From Aciduliprofundum boonei T469 (GTDB lineage Archaea; Thermoplasmatota; Thermoplasmata; Thermoplasmatales; Aciduliprofundaceae): a DNA stretch of 32,000 nt. The stretch lies in assembly GCF_000025665.1 (NCBI RefSeq), contig NC_013926.1, forward strand, positions 840,001-872,000, given 5' to 3'. Of the stretch, positions 7,616 through 16,407 are shown in pieces; positions within the stretch are counted from its first letter, which is position 1, and every line of letters starts with the position of its first letter. Below the pieces are notes generated by a model. The model was given only the letters and a program-made list of their open reading frames with translations. It ran no database searches and was not told the DNA's origin. Position numbers and translations under genes: made by a program.

Positions 7616-9553
7616 ATGAAAGGAAATGTGGTTGGAATAGCAGTTCTTGTGATCTTGGCCCTGATGTTGATACCTCTTATACCAAGTGTGCATAGTACTA
7701 GTGCCAGTACAGATGCAGAAGTTACGGTTATCTTTCAGTTTGGAAATCAGCAGGTTATGAGTACTAATATTGTATTGCCTCAGGATAATCATACGGCTAT
7801 AAAAGCCACAGAATTGGCTGCGCAGCAGTTAGGTTTGCAGCTTGATTACTCGTGGTCAAGTTATGGGGCTTATGTGTATCAAATTGGTTGGGAAGAGAAC
7901 AATTGGTCAGGCACTGGCTATTATTGGCATTTAATGGTTTGGCAAAATGGAAGTTATGAATGGCAAAACAGCAATGTGGGAGCAAGTTCACTTATACTCC
8001 ATAACGGAGAAGTTATTTCTTGGGTATATACTGCTGACAATCCTAATTGGGTACCCTATGAGGGCTCGCTAGCTTATCCTGGACATTACAATGTTTGGGC
8101 CACTCCTAGGGGAAACACAAATAACACTGCTACGGGCTTTTATAATGTAACTGCAAGTGATTTAATATGGAAATTTAAAGGGCAATCTCAGTGGGGCTTT
8201 TCATCCACTCCTGTATTTGGAGATGGAAGAGTATTCGTAGCTGATGATAATGCTTTGTATGCTCTTGGAATTAATGGTGAACTGATTTGGAACAATTCTA
8301 AAGGTGCAGCTGGCTATTATGGAATAGCCTCGCCTACTCTCTACGGAAATTATGTAATCATTGGTACACTAGATAGATATGTGAGAGCATTCTATATAAA
8401 CAATGGTACAGTTGCCTGGGAAACATATATCGGTGAGGATATAACTTCTGCTCCTGTGGTTGATATAGTTAATAAGGTTCCAATGGTATTTGTAGCCACA
8501 TTCAATTTAAATTCTACGGGAAAATTATACGCTCTCTATTTGGAAAACGGTACAATTGCCTGGAATCTTACCCTTATGGGCAGCAATTACTTTGGAATTC
8601 CGGCAATAAATGGGGGGAAGATTATAGTACCAATTGCAGGTATAGAAGATACGAATTATAACTGGGAGCCACCCTATGGAATTGAATGTATAAATGAGAA
8701 TGGAACTTATGCTTGGAATTATACCAGTAGCAGTTCGGTGAGAAGCACTCCTGCAATTGAAAACGGAAGAATCTATTTTGTTACCACTGGAGGGGAGCTT
8801 ATCTCATTGAGTATGAATGGTAGTGAGATCTGGAGTTATCCAATAGGGACCTCTACATCTTCTCCTTCAATACATAATGGGATAATCTATGTGGGCAATT
8901 ACAGTGGATATCTCTGTGCAATAGAGGATGAGGGTGCATCTGCATCTTTGATGTGGGATGTAAAACTAAATGGACCAATTCAAGCAGGGGTTGTATATTC
9001 TTCAGGCAAAATAATTGCGGTTACAAATACAAATGATGGGACTCTCTATGTATTCAACTCTACGGGTTATAAGATATTGAATTACACACCCCAACCTGAA
9101 AATTACATATTGTCTTCTCCGATAATCGCAGATTCATATGTGCTTGTAGCGTCAAACAATGGTTATCTCTACGCATTTGGAGATAACTCTACCCTGCCCC
9201 AAATCAACTCTGTATTCCATGAAACAGCATATGTTGGACAGCCAATAAGAGTACTGGTAAATACAACGCAGGAGTACCAGGCTATACTTTACTACAAAAA
9301 TGTGTCTGGGGATGAATACCATGCAGTATGGATGAACTATACAAATGGAGAATATGTGGGCTACATTCCTCCTCAGAACACTACTGGTATTGTTTATTAT
9401 TATGTGACTCTCGTTGATTCCAATGGAAATTCTATAAGCTCATCTCTACAAACTGCCCAGGTTAATCAAGAGGTGCCAGAGTTCAGTTATATTCCAGTGT
9501 TGATAGTTGCCCTTGTTGCCATCTTGCTCATAAGAAATAAAGTTCGTGGCTGA
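7616..9553 (+). CDS. Secreted, membrane-anchored surface protein: N-terminal DUF4430-like domain, PQQ-like beta-propeller repeats, Ig-like region and C-terminal TM anchor
   Basis: It has a signal peptide (VGIAVLVILALMLIPLIPSVHS). The segment YWHLMVWQNG...LHNGEVISWVY resembles DUF4430. Repeated units of the type G.lyAl...G..iW are present. The C-terminus IPVLIVALVAILLIRNKVRG is a TM helix plus basic tail. There are many N-x-S/T sequons. The ATG at 7616 follows a GAGGTG RBS, and the GTG at 7607 lies inside that RBS. Confidence 0.8.
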   Translation: MKGNVVGIAVLVILALMLIPLIPSVHSTSASTDAEVTVIFQFGNQQVMSTNIVLPQDNHTAIKATELAAQQLGLQLDYSWSSYGAYVYQIGWEENNWSGTGYYWHLMVWQNGSYEWQNSNVGASSLILHNGEVISWVYTADNPNWVPYEGSLAYPGHYNVWATPRGNTNNTATGFYNVTASDLIWKFKGQSQWGFSSTPVFGDGRVFVADDNALYALGINGELIWNNSKGAAGYYGIASPTLYGNYVIIGTLDRYVRAFYINNGTVAWETYIGEDITSAPVVDIVNKVPMVFVATFNLNSTGKLYALYLENGTIAWNLTLMGSNYFGIPAINGGKIIVPIAGIEDTNYNWEPPYGIECINENGTYAWNYTSSSSVRSTPAIENGRIYFVTTGGELISLSMNGSEIWSYPIGTSTSSPSIHNGIIYVGNYSGYLCAIEDEGASASLMWDVKLNGPIQAGVVYSSGKIIAVTNTNDGTLYVFNSTGYKILNYTPQPENYILSSPIIADSYVLVASNNGYLYAFGDNSTLPQINSVFHETAYVGQPIRVLVNTTQEYQAILYYKNVSGDEYHAVWMNYTNGEYVGYIPPQNTTGIVYYYVTLVDSNGNSISSSLQTAQVNQEVPEFSYIPVLIVALVAILLIRNKVRG

Positions 9554-10490
9554 TGCGCGGGATCATGGCCATCAGAACAGCTTGAGCGTTGAACTCTTCC
9601 CTTTTTATTTTTCCCTTACTTAAATATCCTATTGCTCCCATCTTTTTCTTGATATCTTTTATTCCAGAGATTACCTCCATAGCATCTCCCACTTCCATAC
9701 CTTTCTTTACCATTTCAATAACCTTTGGAGGATATGTAAAGCCGCCAGAATAGCCGTATGTAAAGTTACCATATCTATCCAAAATTGCGCAAAATGCTTT
9801 GTCAAAGTACTCTTTTATCTCTTCATTCCAGAAAAGTCCTGCTTCAATACCCACGCTGTAATCAGCATCCTGCAATGCTTTTTTTGCTCTGTTTATTGCT
9901 CCTTTTATCGTCTCTCCGTTCACAGGCTGGGGGGATACATCCGAGTCCACGGAAATGCCCTTGACTTCAATTTCGAATGTAAATATACTTTCAAATACCC
10001 TCCTTACTGCGTTAATTTTTGAGGGGTTGGTTGAGCCTACATTTATCTTTAGCGGTTTCAATCTCTTTCCATTCCCATCAATGTCCCCTTCCCTGATTCT
10101 TCTTGAAGATATGGGTAAAAGATCCTCACCGTAAAATATTGGTATTTTCACAATTTCCATTTTTTTCATGCCCTTCTTTTCTCTCAATTCATTTATCTCC
10201 TCTGCAGTTTGAAGGGTTTCGGGGGAAACAACGATAATGTCAAAATCCTCTTGGAGTGTTGGACCATACTTATCGTTGATTTCCACAATCTTATATGGTT
10301 TTGAAAAACTCTTGATGAAATCTTCAACTTTTCTCTTTCTATCCTCGAAATTGACACTACAATCCCTTTTAAAGTTATCGGTAGTGATGCCAATTAGTAC
10401 GAAATCTCCAAGTTCAAAGGCCTTTTTTAGCAACTCTCTATGCCCTTTGTGCAGGAACTCGAAAGTTCCGCCCATAACCACTCTTTTCAT
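9528..10490 (-). CDS. coaD: Fusion protein: archaeal phosphopantetheine adenylyltransferase (cytidylyltransferase fold) plus a C-terminal DUF84/YjjX-type non-canonical NTP (ITP/XTP) phosphatase
   Basis: The N-terminus GGTFEFLHKGHRELL carries the (T/H)xGH nucleotidyltransferase motif, followed by ISSRRIR. The C-terminal half INVGSTNPSKINAVRRVF...SDVSPQPVNGETIKGAINRA...VGIEAG matches DUF84 NTPase blocks. Confidence 0.8.
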   Translation of the reverse strand: MKRVVMGGTFEFLHKGHRELLKKAFELGDFVLIGITTDNFKRDCSVNFEDRKRKVEDFIKSFSKPYKIVEINDKYGPTLQEDFDIIVVSPETLQTAEEINELREKKGMKKMEIVKIPIFYGEDLLPISSRRIREGDIDGNGKRLKPLKINVGSTNPSKINAVRRVFESIFTFEIEVKGISVDSDVSPQPVNGETIKGAINRAKKALQDADYSVGIEAGLFWNEEIKEYFDKAFCAILDRYGNFTYGYSGGFTYPPKVIEMVKKGMEVGDAMEVISGIKDIKKKMGAIGYLSKGKIKREEFNAQAVLMAMIPRISHELYFL

Positions 10491-10499
10491 TTTATCCCA

Positions 10500-10766
10500 T
10501 TAGGGATGTCCCATTGAGAACATCAATATTATTAGCAATATTCCCAAGAACAGAAGCCAGATGTAAGTGAATCTCTTCTTTTTCTTAACCATATTGTTCC
10601 ACTCATCCTCGCATTTTTTGGAGCAAAATGTTTTGTCTGGAGGGATTGCTATACCACAGTTTAGGCAATGTTTGTGGGGTGTGAGTTCATGAATTTCCCT
10701 TTTAATTCCATTAATTTCGAATTTCAAATTTTCTATCTCTTCCATTAAATCCTCAAGTTCTACCAT
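10500..10766 (-). CDS. DUF2116-like Zn-ribbon protein with C-terminal TM anchor
   Basis: CLNCGIAIPPDKTFCSKKCEDEW matches the CxxCG...FCSxxC pattern. An N-terminal coiled coil and a C-terminal hydrophobic helix are present. Confidence 0.6.
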   Translation of the reverse strand: MVELEDLMEEIENLKFEINGIKREIHELTPHKHCLNCGIAIPPDKTFCSKKCEDEWNNMVKKKKRFTYIWLLFLGILLIILMFSMGHP

Positions 10767-10854
10767 ACAATTCCCTAATGAGTTTAAGGATTTATAATCA
10801 TCGGTGCGAAAAAATCTTGGAAAGGTATTAATATAAGCGTTATTATGTTAAATT

Positions 10855-13284
10855 ATGGGGAGATTTGGTATGATTGTAATAACTGTGCTCTTTGCTATAA
10901 TTCTAATTTTTAATTTTCCAGTTGTATCTTTGCATACCTATGGGAATTCTGAGAGCACGATAATTTACTCTTCTATAATCATTCACAACGATACAGAGTT
11001 TATAGAGATGGCAGAAAAGATGAAATGGCAAGGTAATGGAAGTGCTAATGCACCTTACATAATTGAGAATTATAGCATCATTCCTATGATGGGGATGGAT
11101 GGAATATCAATTCAGAATGTTACATTTTATTTCATAATCAAAGATGTTGTTGTGTTTTATGCGTATGTACCCTCTAAGAATGTGATCACTGCTGGCATAA
11201 GATTGAATAATGTGAGCAATGTGGTTATTGAGAAATTCACATCGCAAAGCAATAAGATAGGAATTTACATAGCAAATTCTTCAAATATAAGTGTAAAGAA
11301 TTGCGAATTTTTAAATGGAGATATGGGCATTTATCTCTATAACTCCACACATACCAGATTTTATTTTGATAATTTTTCAGGTGTGAATAAAAATAGCATG
11401 TACATTTATTCATCCAAAGATGCAGTTGTGGAGCGTAATAAATTTTTAAATGTAGGTGTGGGAGTATTTGGAAAGTATAGCAAAGAAATTAGGATAGAGA
11501 AAAATTATTTTGATAAAGGAGAGGCATTTTCTGCAGTTTGGTACTCCCAAAATGTGAGTGTGGAGAACAACACTATCTATGACTATAGATATGAGGGAAT
11601 AGTATCAAGAATATCCGAGCATGTTAAAATCGTTGGTAATAAACTGGCTATAAGGGAAAAAAGGCCTCTGGATAAATGGAGCATCCATGGCATTGATCTT
11701 TACTCTTCAAATTTCACGATAGTTAAGGATAATAAAATTGTTGGGAATTATTCTCAGGTTGATGGAATCCGGGTAAAGGGGAGTGGAAATATAACTTTCA
11801 ACGAAAATTATATATTGAGAAACGGAAATGGAATCTATGGTCTTCTTTCTTCACATATCTCAATAGAAAATAATGAAATTTCATTCAATAAAGGGGAAGG
11901 TATGAAGATTTTTTATGTATCTTCTTCAATTATTAGGGACAACAATATAACGCATAATCATGGCATAGGTATTTCGTTAGATAGATCTTTTGGGAATGTT
12001 ATTACTGAAAATCTATTGCTCTTTAATTATTTAGGGATTAAAGGTAACATTTTAAATAGTTGTGGAAAACCCAACCTAATTTACAATAACTCATTTTATT
12101 ATAACGATGGCAGTGGAGATTTTTATAATTCTTGGCATATCCAAGCATGGGATGAATGCACCATAGATCATTGGAACACGAGCAAGTACGGCAACTACTG
12201 GCAAGATTGGGCATCCAAGAATGATTCAAATGGGGATGGTATTATTGATGAGCCCTACCTTCTCATAGCTTCTAACAACAAAAAGGTATACGATTATCAT
12301 CCGCTAAAGTATCCACCGAGGTATTATTGCATAGAACCCACTACACCAAGGAAGTTGAGGGTTGAGATAGGCACGGGCTATTTGAACTTAACTTGGCTCA
12401 GGCCTGTGGGGAATGGAACAGCGCCTTTAAGAGAATACAGAATTTATCGTAATAATGTCTCAATAGCTACCATTTCGTCCAATCATCTTTATTACAACGA
12501 TTCCTCAGTAAAAAATGGAGTTGAATATAGCTACTATATAACTGCAGTAAATGCCTACGGAGAGAGTGCCAAGAGTAATATAGCTCATGGGATTCCTGGC
12601 ATACCATCGCAACCACTGAATCTAACAGCTTACGGTGGCTATGGATACATAAATTTGACATGGAAAGAGCCGAAAAGGATAGGTGCTTCGCCTATTTTGT
12701 ACTATAAAATTTACAGAGTAATTCCTCCTCCTTTTCCGCCTTGTCCTCCTGTGCCGGGATGGAAGCCGCCTAAAAAGCTAATTGCTGTGGTGCCAGGAAC
12801 TCAGCACTATTATAATTACACAAATGTAACCAATGGCAAATCTTACATTTTTGTTGTAAGTGCAGTTAATTTGGCAGGAGAGGGACCGGCGAGCAAGAGC
12901 GTTTCTACAACACCTGGAAGAGTTCCTAGCTCTCCTTTGAATTTGAAGATAGTGATTAAGGATGGATATGCTAATTTAACTTGGGACACTCCAAAAAATA
13001 CTGGTGGAGGAATAGAAGAATACAAGGTATATTGCAATGGAAAATTGATAGGCAGGGTGTATTACAAAGAACATTACTTCCTTTACAAGCTTCCATCCTC
13101 TGGCAAGTATGTATTTTATGTTACTGCCGTGAATTTCAAGGGAGAGAGCGAGCCGAGCAATGTGGTAAGAATTTTGTATTTGGAGAGAACATCTTTGCAG
13201 TATAAAGGAGAGATAGTTGTATCCTTAGCTCTCATTATTTTAGCTTTAATCGCAGGATTTATAGCAAAAAGATCCAAGAAATAA
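10855..13284 (+). CDS. Large surface protein: signal peptide, right-handed parallel beta-helix (PbH1/NosD-like) repeats, three FN3 domains and a C-terminal TM anchor
   Basis: Periodic I/V-x-N-N/G repeats occur (e.g. ISVKNCEF, VSVENNTIY, ISIENNEIS, IIRDNNIT). Three units of about 90 aa have NLTW...Y.IYR...Y.Y.VTAVN..GES. The C-terminus is IVVSLALIILALIAGFIAKRSKK. Many N-x-S/T sequons are present. A possible alternative start lies at 10870. Confidence 0.8.
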   Translation: MGRFGMIVITVLFAIILIFNFPVVSLHTYGNSESTIIYSSIIIHNDTEFIEMAEKMKWQGNGSANAPYIIENYSIIPMMGMDGISIQNVTFYFIIKDVVVFYAYVPSKNVITAGIRLNNVSNVVIEKFTSQSNKIGIYIANSSNISVKNCEFLNGDMGIYLYNSTHTRFYFDNFSGVNKNSMYIYSSKDAVVERNKFLNVGVGVFGKYSKEIRIEKNYFDKGEAFSAVWYSQNVSVENNTIYDYRYEGIVSRISEHVKIVGNKLAIREKRPLDKWSIHGIDLYSSNFTIVKDNKIVGNYSQVDGIRVKGSGNITFNENYILRNGNGIYGLLSSHISIENNEISFNKGEGMKIFYVSSSIIRDNNITHNHGIGISLDRSFGNVITENLLLFNYLGIKGNILNSCGKPNLIYNNSFYYNDGSGDFYNSWHIQAWDECTIDHWNTSKYGNYWQDWASKNDSNGDGIIDEPYLLIASNNKKVYDYHPLKYPPRYYCIEPTTPRKLRVEIGTGYLNLTWLRPVGNGTAPLREYRIYRNNVSIATISSNHLYYNDSSVKNGVEYSYYITAVNAYGESAKSNIAHGIPGIPSQPLNLTAYGGYGYINLTWKEPKRIGASPILYYKIYRVIPPPFPPCPPVPGWKPPKKLIAVVPGTQHYYNYTNVTNGKSYIFVVSAVNLAGEGPASKSVSTTPGRVPSSPLNLKIVIKDGYANLTWDTPKNTGGGIEEYKVYCNGKLIGRVYYKEHYFLYKLPSSGKYVFYVTAVNFKGESEPSNVVRILYLERTSLQYKGEIVVSLALIILALIAGFIAKRSKK

Positions 13285-13312
13285 TTTATAATATTGCAAC
13301 GATTTACCTCTG

Positions 13313-13999
13313 ATGCTTAAAGTTGAAAATTTAAGACTCGTGCGTGAGGGTAAGGAGATTTTGAAAGGTGTTAATTTTGAAATTGCCCAAAATGAAATTC
13401 ATTTAGTCCTCGGGGTTAATGGCTCAGGAAAAACTACTTTGGCACAGGCAATAATGGGGATATATCCCTGTGATGGTAGAATAATCTTTGAAGGTAAAGA
13501 CATTACGAATCTTTCGGTTTGGGAGCGTGCCAGGATGGGAATAACCCTTGCATTTCAGGAGCCTGCAAGATTTGAAGGCCTTTTGGTTAAGGATTATCTT
13601 ATGGTGAGTGCTAAAACCAAGAGTATGAGCAAATTAGAGGAGATAATAAAGATGGTTGGTTTGCCAAGAAACATTTTATTTCAAGAGGTGGGTGAGAATT
13701 TAAGTGGGGGAGAGAGAAAAAGAATAGAACTTGCATCAGTACTCTTAATGGAGCCTAAGCTCGCTATGTTGGATGAGCCAGATAGTGGGATAGATATGCT
13801 GTCTTTCAGATTAATTTCAGAGGTTATAAAGAGGATGAAGGGTATGGGTACATCTGTTATGCTTATAACCCATAGCGAAGAGATGATAGATATAGCTGAT
13901 CGAGCTACAATTTTATGCTCTGGTAAAGTTGTTGCCAGTGGGGAGCGGGAGGAGATAAAGAAATTGTTTAAGTACTCACCATGTCCTTTGAAGAGGTGA
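13313..13999 (+). CDS. sufC: SufC-like Fe-S cluster assembly ABC ATPase
   Basis: It has Walker A GVNGSGKTT, the signature LSGGERKR, Walker B LAMLDEPDSGID and an H-loop ITH. There is no TM partner, and a SufB/D-like gene follows it. Confidence 0.88.
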   Translation: MLKVENLRLVREGKEILKGVNFEIAQNEIHLVLGVNGSGKTTLAQAIMGIYPCDGRIIFEGKDITNLSVWERARMGITLAFQEPARFEGLLVKDYLMVSAKTKSMSKLEEIIKMVGLPRNILFQEVGENLSGGERKRIELASVLLMEPKLAMLDEPDSGIDMLSFRLISEVIKRMKGMGTSVMLITHSEEMIDIADRATILCSGKVVASGEREEIKKLFKYSPCPLKR

Positions 14000-14003
14000 T
14001 TAT

Positions 14004-14954
14004 ATGGAAGAGTTTATACAAAATGAGTATAAAGCATTGGTAAGATATTACGAGTCTGCGGGGGGAGATACTAAAGCTCTAGGTTCCAAGGATTATGCCT
14101 CGATGGTTATAAATGAAAATAAAGTATTGGCCAAGAATAGTACGAAAGGGATCATAATAGAAGCAAATAAAATTAAAAATGGGATTTATGCTCGCATCAG
14201 GATAAAAAAGGGATACAAATCCAAAAATCCAGTGCATTTGTGTTTTGGTATGCTACCGCGGGAAGGAAAGCAGTACATTAAAACAGAAATATTGGCGGAG
14301 GAAGATAGCGAGGTAAAATTTTTGGCCCACTGTATTTTTCCAAATGCTGTTAAGGTAGAGCACATCATGGATGCCAATGTGATAGTGGAAAATAGGGCCA
14401 AGGTTGAGTATGAAGAGGTTCATTTTCATGGCAAATTAGGTGGAGTTAAAGTAATGCCTAAAACTCGAGCTATTGTTGGGAAGGGAGGTGCATATAATAG
14501 TTCATTCGTAATAAAAACTGGACGAGCAGGTTTTGTGGATATAGATTATGAAGTTCACATTGGTGAGAATGCAAAAAGTATGCTATTGACAAAAATATAT
14601 GCCAGGGAGGATGATTTAATCAAGGCAAATGAGAGTGTAATCTTGGAGGGAGCGCACTCTTCTGGCGTGATAAAAACTAGAATGGCACTAAGGGATAAAG
14701 CTAAAAGCGAAGTTATTGGTAAGACCGTGGGCTTAGGATCATATTCTAGAGGTCATGTAGATTGTACTGAGATAATTATGGATGATGCTGAAGCTATTGC
14801 GTCCCCGGTTGTGATAGCAAAAAATCCCAAGGCTAAAGTGACTCATGAAGCAGCTATAGGTAGTGTTGACAAAAAACAGCTTTTAACCCTTATGGCAAGG
14901 GGATTAACTGAAGAAGAGGCCATAGATGTGATTGTTGGGGGATTACTTAAATGA
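14004..14954 (+). CDS. sufB: Short SufB/SufD-family Fe-S scaffold protein
   Basis: 316 aa. The C-terminal block THEAAIGSVDKKQLLTLMARGLTEEEAIDVIVGGLL matches the SufBD signature (H.a.vg.ld.e.lfYL.sRGl....A...iv.gF). Confidence 0.8.
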   Translation: MEEFIQNEYKALVRYYESAGGDTKALGSKDYASMVINENKVLAKNSTKGIIIEANKIKNGIYARIRIKKGYKSKNPVHLCFGMLPREGKQYIKTEILAEEDSEVKFLAHCIFPNAVKVEHIMDANVIVENRAKVEYEEVHFHGKLGGVKVMPKTRAIVGKGGAYNSSFVIKTGRAGFVDIDYEVHIGENAKSMLLTKIYAREDDLIKANESVILEGAHSSGVIKTRMALRDKAKSEVIGKTVGLGSYSRGHVDCTEIIMDDAEAIASPVVIAKNPKAKVTHEAAIGSVDKKQLLTLMARGLTEEEAIDVIVGGLLK

Positions 14955-15518
14955 AACTTTTCTGGGGCAGTATTTAACTTTGCAGTAGTTGCATACAATT
15001 TTTTGTTTATCGATTTCAGAGGTGTGTAATGTTATTGTATCTACTCCATCAAGTTTTCTTATTTCTCCCATAGCATCCATATCTATTGGTTTTTCAAGTA
15101 CGATGGTTAACTTACTCTTATCCAATAATTGCCTCTCACCTATTATTTGGCGTACTTCGCAAGAAGCATCGCTTAATATTTTAAAAATCTTCTCAATTAA
15201 GCAGCCATATTTTGGCTTTTTAAAATCGATTTCAAGAACCTCCCATCCCATTATGGGTGCTACTTTTGAAAGGGATAATTTTGGCTCTAATCTTTCAAAT
15301 ATGTTTCTAAGTTCGTATGTTTTCTCTATGTACTCTATGGTGTGATACACTATTTTTCTATTCACACCTGCAACTTCTGCTATGGAGTTTACGGGGACAT
15401 CTACATTTCCAACATACAATTTTGAATTGCGTACAGAAATTCCCAGAGTGATAAGAAGCTCGGCCACCTTCTTTCTTGCCGGGAAATTTTTAAAATACTC
15501 CTCAACGATAAGAAGCAT
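14943..15518 (-). CDS. Putative ACT-domain regulator (COG2150-like) with an N-terminal wHTH-like region
   Basis: 191 aa. The pattern SIAEVAGVNRKIVYHTIEYIE is HTH-like and is followed by a beta-alpha-beta-like segment. The C-terminus has CNYCKVKYC. The assignment is from memory of the family and is unverified. Confidence 0.45.
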   Translation of the reverse strand: MLLIVEEYFKNFPARKKVAELLITLGISVRNSKLYVGNVDVPVNSIAEVAGVNRKIVYHTIEYIEKTYELRNIFERLEPKLSLSKVAPIMGWEVLEIDFKKPKYGCLIEKIFKILSDASCEVRQIIGERQLLDKSKLTIVLEKPIDMDAMGEIRKLDGVDTITLHTSEIDKQKIVCNYCKVKYCPRKVSFK

Positions 15519-15557
15519 AAAAAGGAAAAGTAAAGGGGTTTAATAAATTTTATTGAT

Positions 15558-15764
<207 letters not shown>

Positions 15765-15816
15765 TTATATCACCGATGGGGGAAAATGATAGAGAGTATA
15801 AAAATTTTCTCTTAAA

Positions 15817-16293
15817 TCAACGCTTTGCCGCTAACCCTAAAAAAGAGATTACGAGTCCAGCTATTTGAGTGTACAGAAATATGTTTTTCCAAATATTTAC
15901 AGAGTGTATTTCCTTCTCCTCTGTTAACCAGTAACTCAGTTCAAAACTTCCTATGCTAACTGCAGATACTTTTTTTATTTTCATATAAACTTCTTCTCCT
16001 GGAGTATAGCCTGTTATTTTATTGTAGGCAAATACCTTTAAATGCCCATCTAGTACTATCACTGTTATATTTAAGTTGTTTATGTATGTGATTTGTGTTA
16101 TTGTTCCATAAACAGTTAGGGAATCACCATCCTTGTATTCATCTGACACCACATTCTTAGCAGGCTGATATATGTAAGTTGGAAATATGATTGAAGATAT
16201 TAGGGCAATTAGAATAAGAACAAGTCCGAAGACGACTATTGATGTTCTCATCAATTGCAAGTATGTTATTCTATTATATTTTTCTTTTCCCAA
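15817..16293 (-). CDS. Hypothetical bitopic membrane protein (two TM helices flanking an extracytoplasmic beta-rich domain of about 90 aa)
   Basis: Hydrophobic helices occur at residues ~18-40 and ~135-155. No motif was recognised. The start could be the internal Met at 16251. Confidence 0.45.
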   Translation of the reverse strand: MGKEKYNRITYLQLMRTSIVVFGLVLILIALISSIIFPTYIYQPAKNVVSDEYKDGDSLTVYGTITQITYINNLNITVIVLDGHLKVFAYNKITGYTPGEEVYMKIKKVSAVSIGSFELSYWLTEEKEIHSVNIWKNIFLYTQIAGLVISFLGLAAKR

Positions 16294-16300
16294 GCGAATT

Positions 16301-16308
16301 TTTTATAA
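16301..16308 (+). promoter_or_regulatory. TATA box (TTTTATAA) for tRNA-Arg, possibly bidirectional
   Basis: It is centred about 25 nt upstream of tRNA position 1 (16330), in the archaeal BRE/TATA position. Confidence 0.45.
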
Positions 16309-16329
16309 GGGAAATTCCAATACACTATG

Positions 16330-16404
16330 GGGCGCGTGGCCTAGCCAGGATATGGCGGCAGCCTCCTAAGCTGCAAGTCGCGGGTTCGAATCCCGCCGCG
16401 CCCG
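16330..16404 (+). tRNA. tRNA-Arg (anticodon CCU)
   Basis: I folded the cloverleaf by hand. The acceptor stem is GGGCGCG/CGCGCCC. The anticodon stem is GCAGC/GCUGC with loop CUCCUAA. The T arm is GCGGG-UUCGAAU-CCCGC and the discriminator is G. There is no encoded CCA and no intron. Confidence 0.93.
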
Positions 16405-16407
16405 CTG

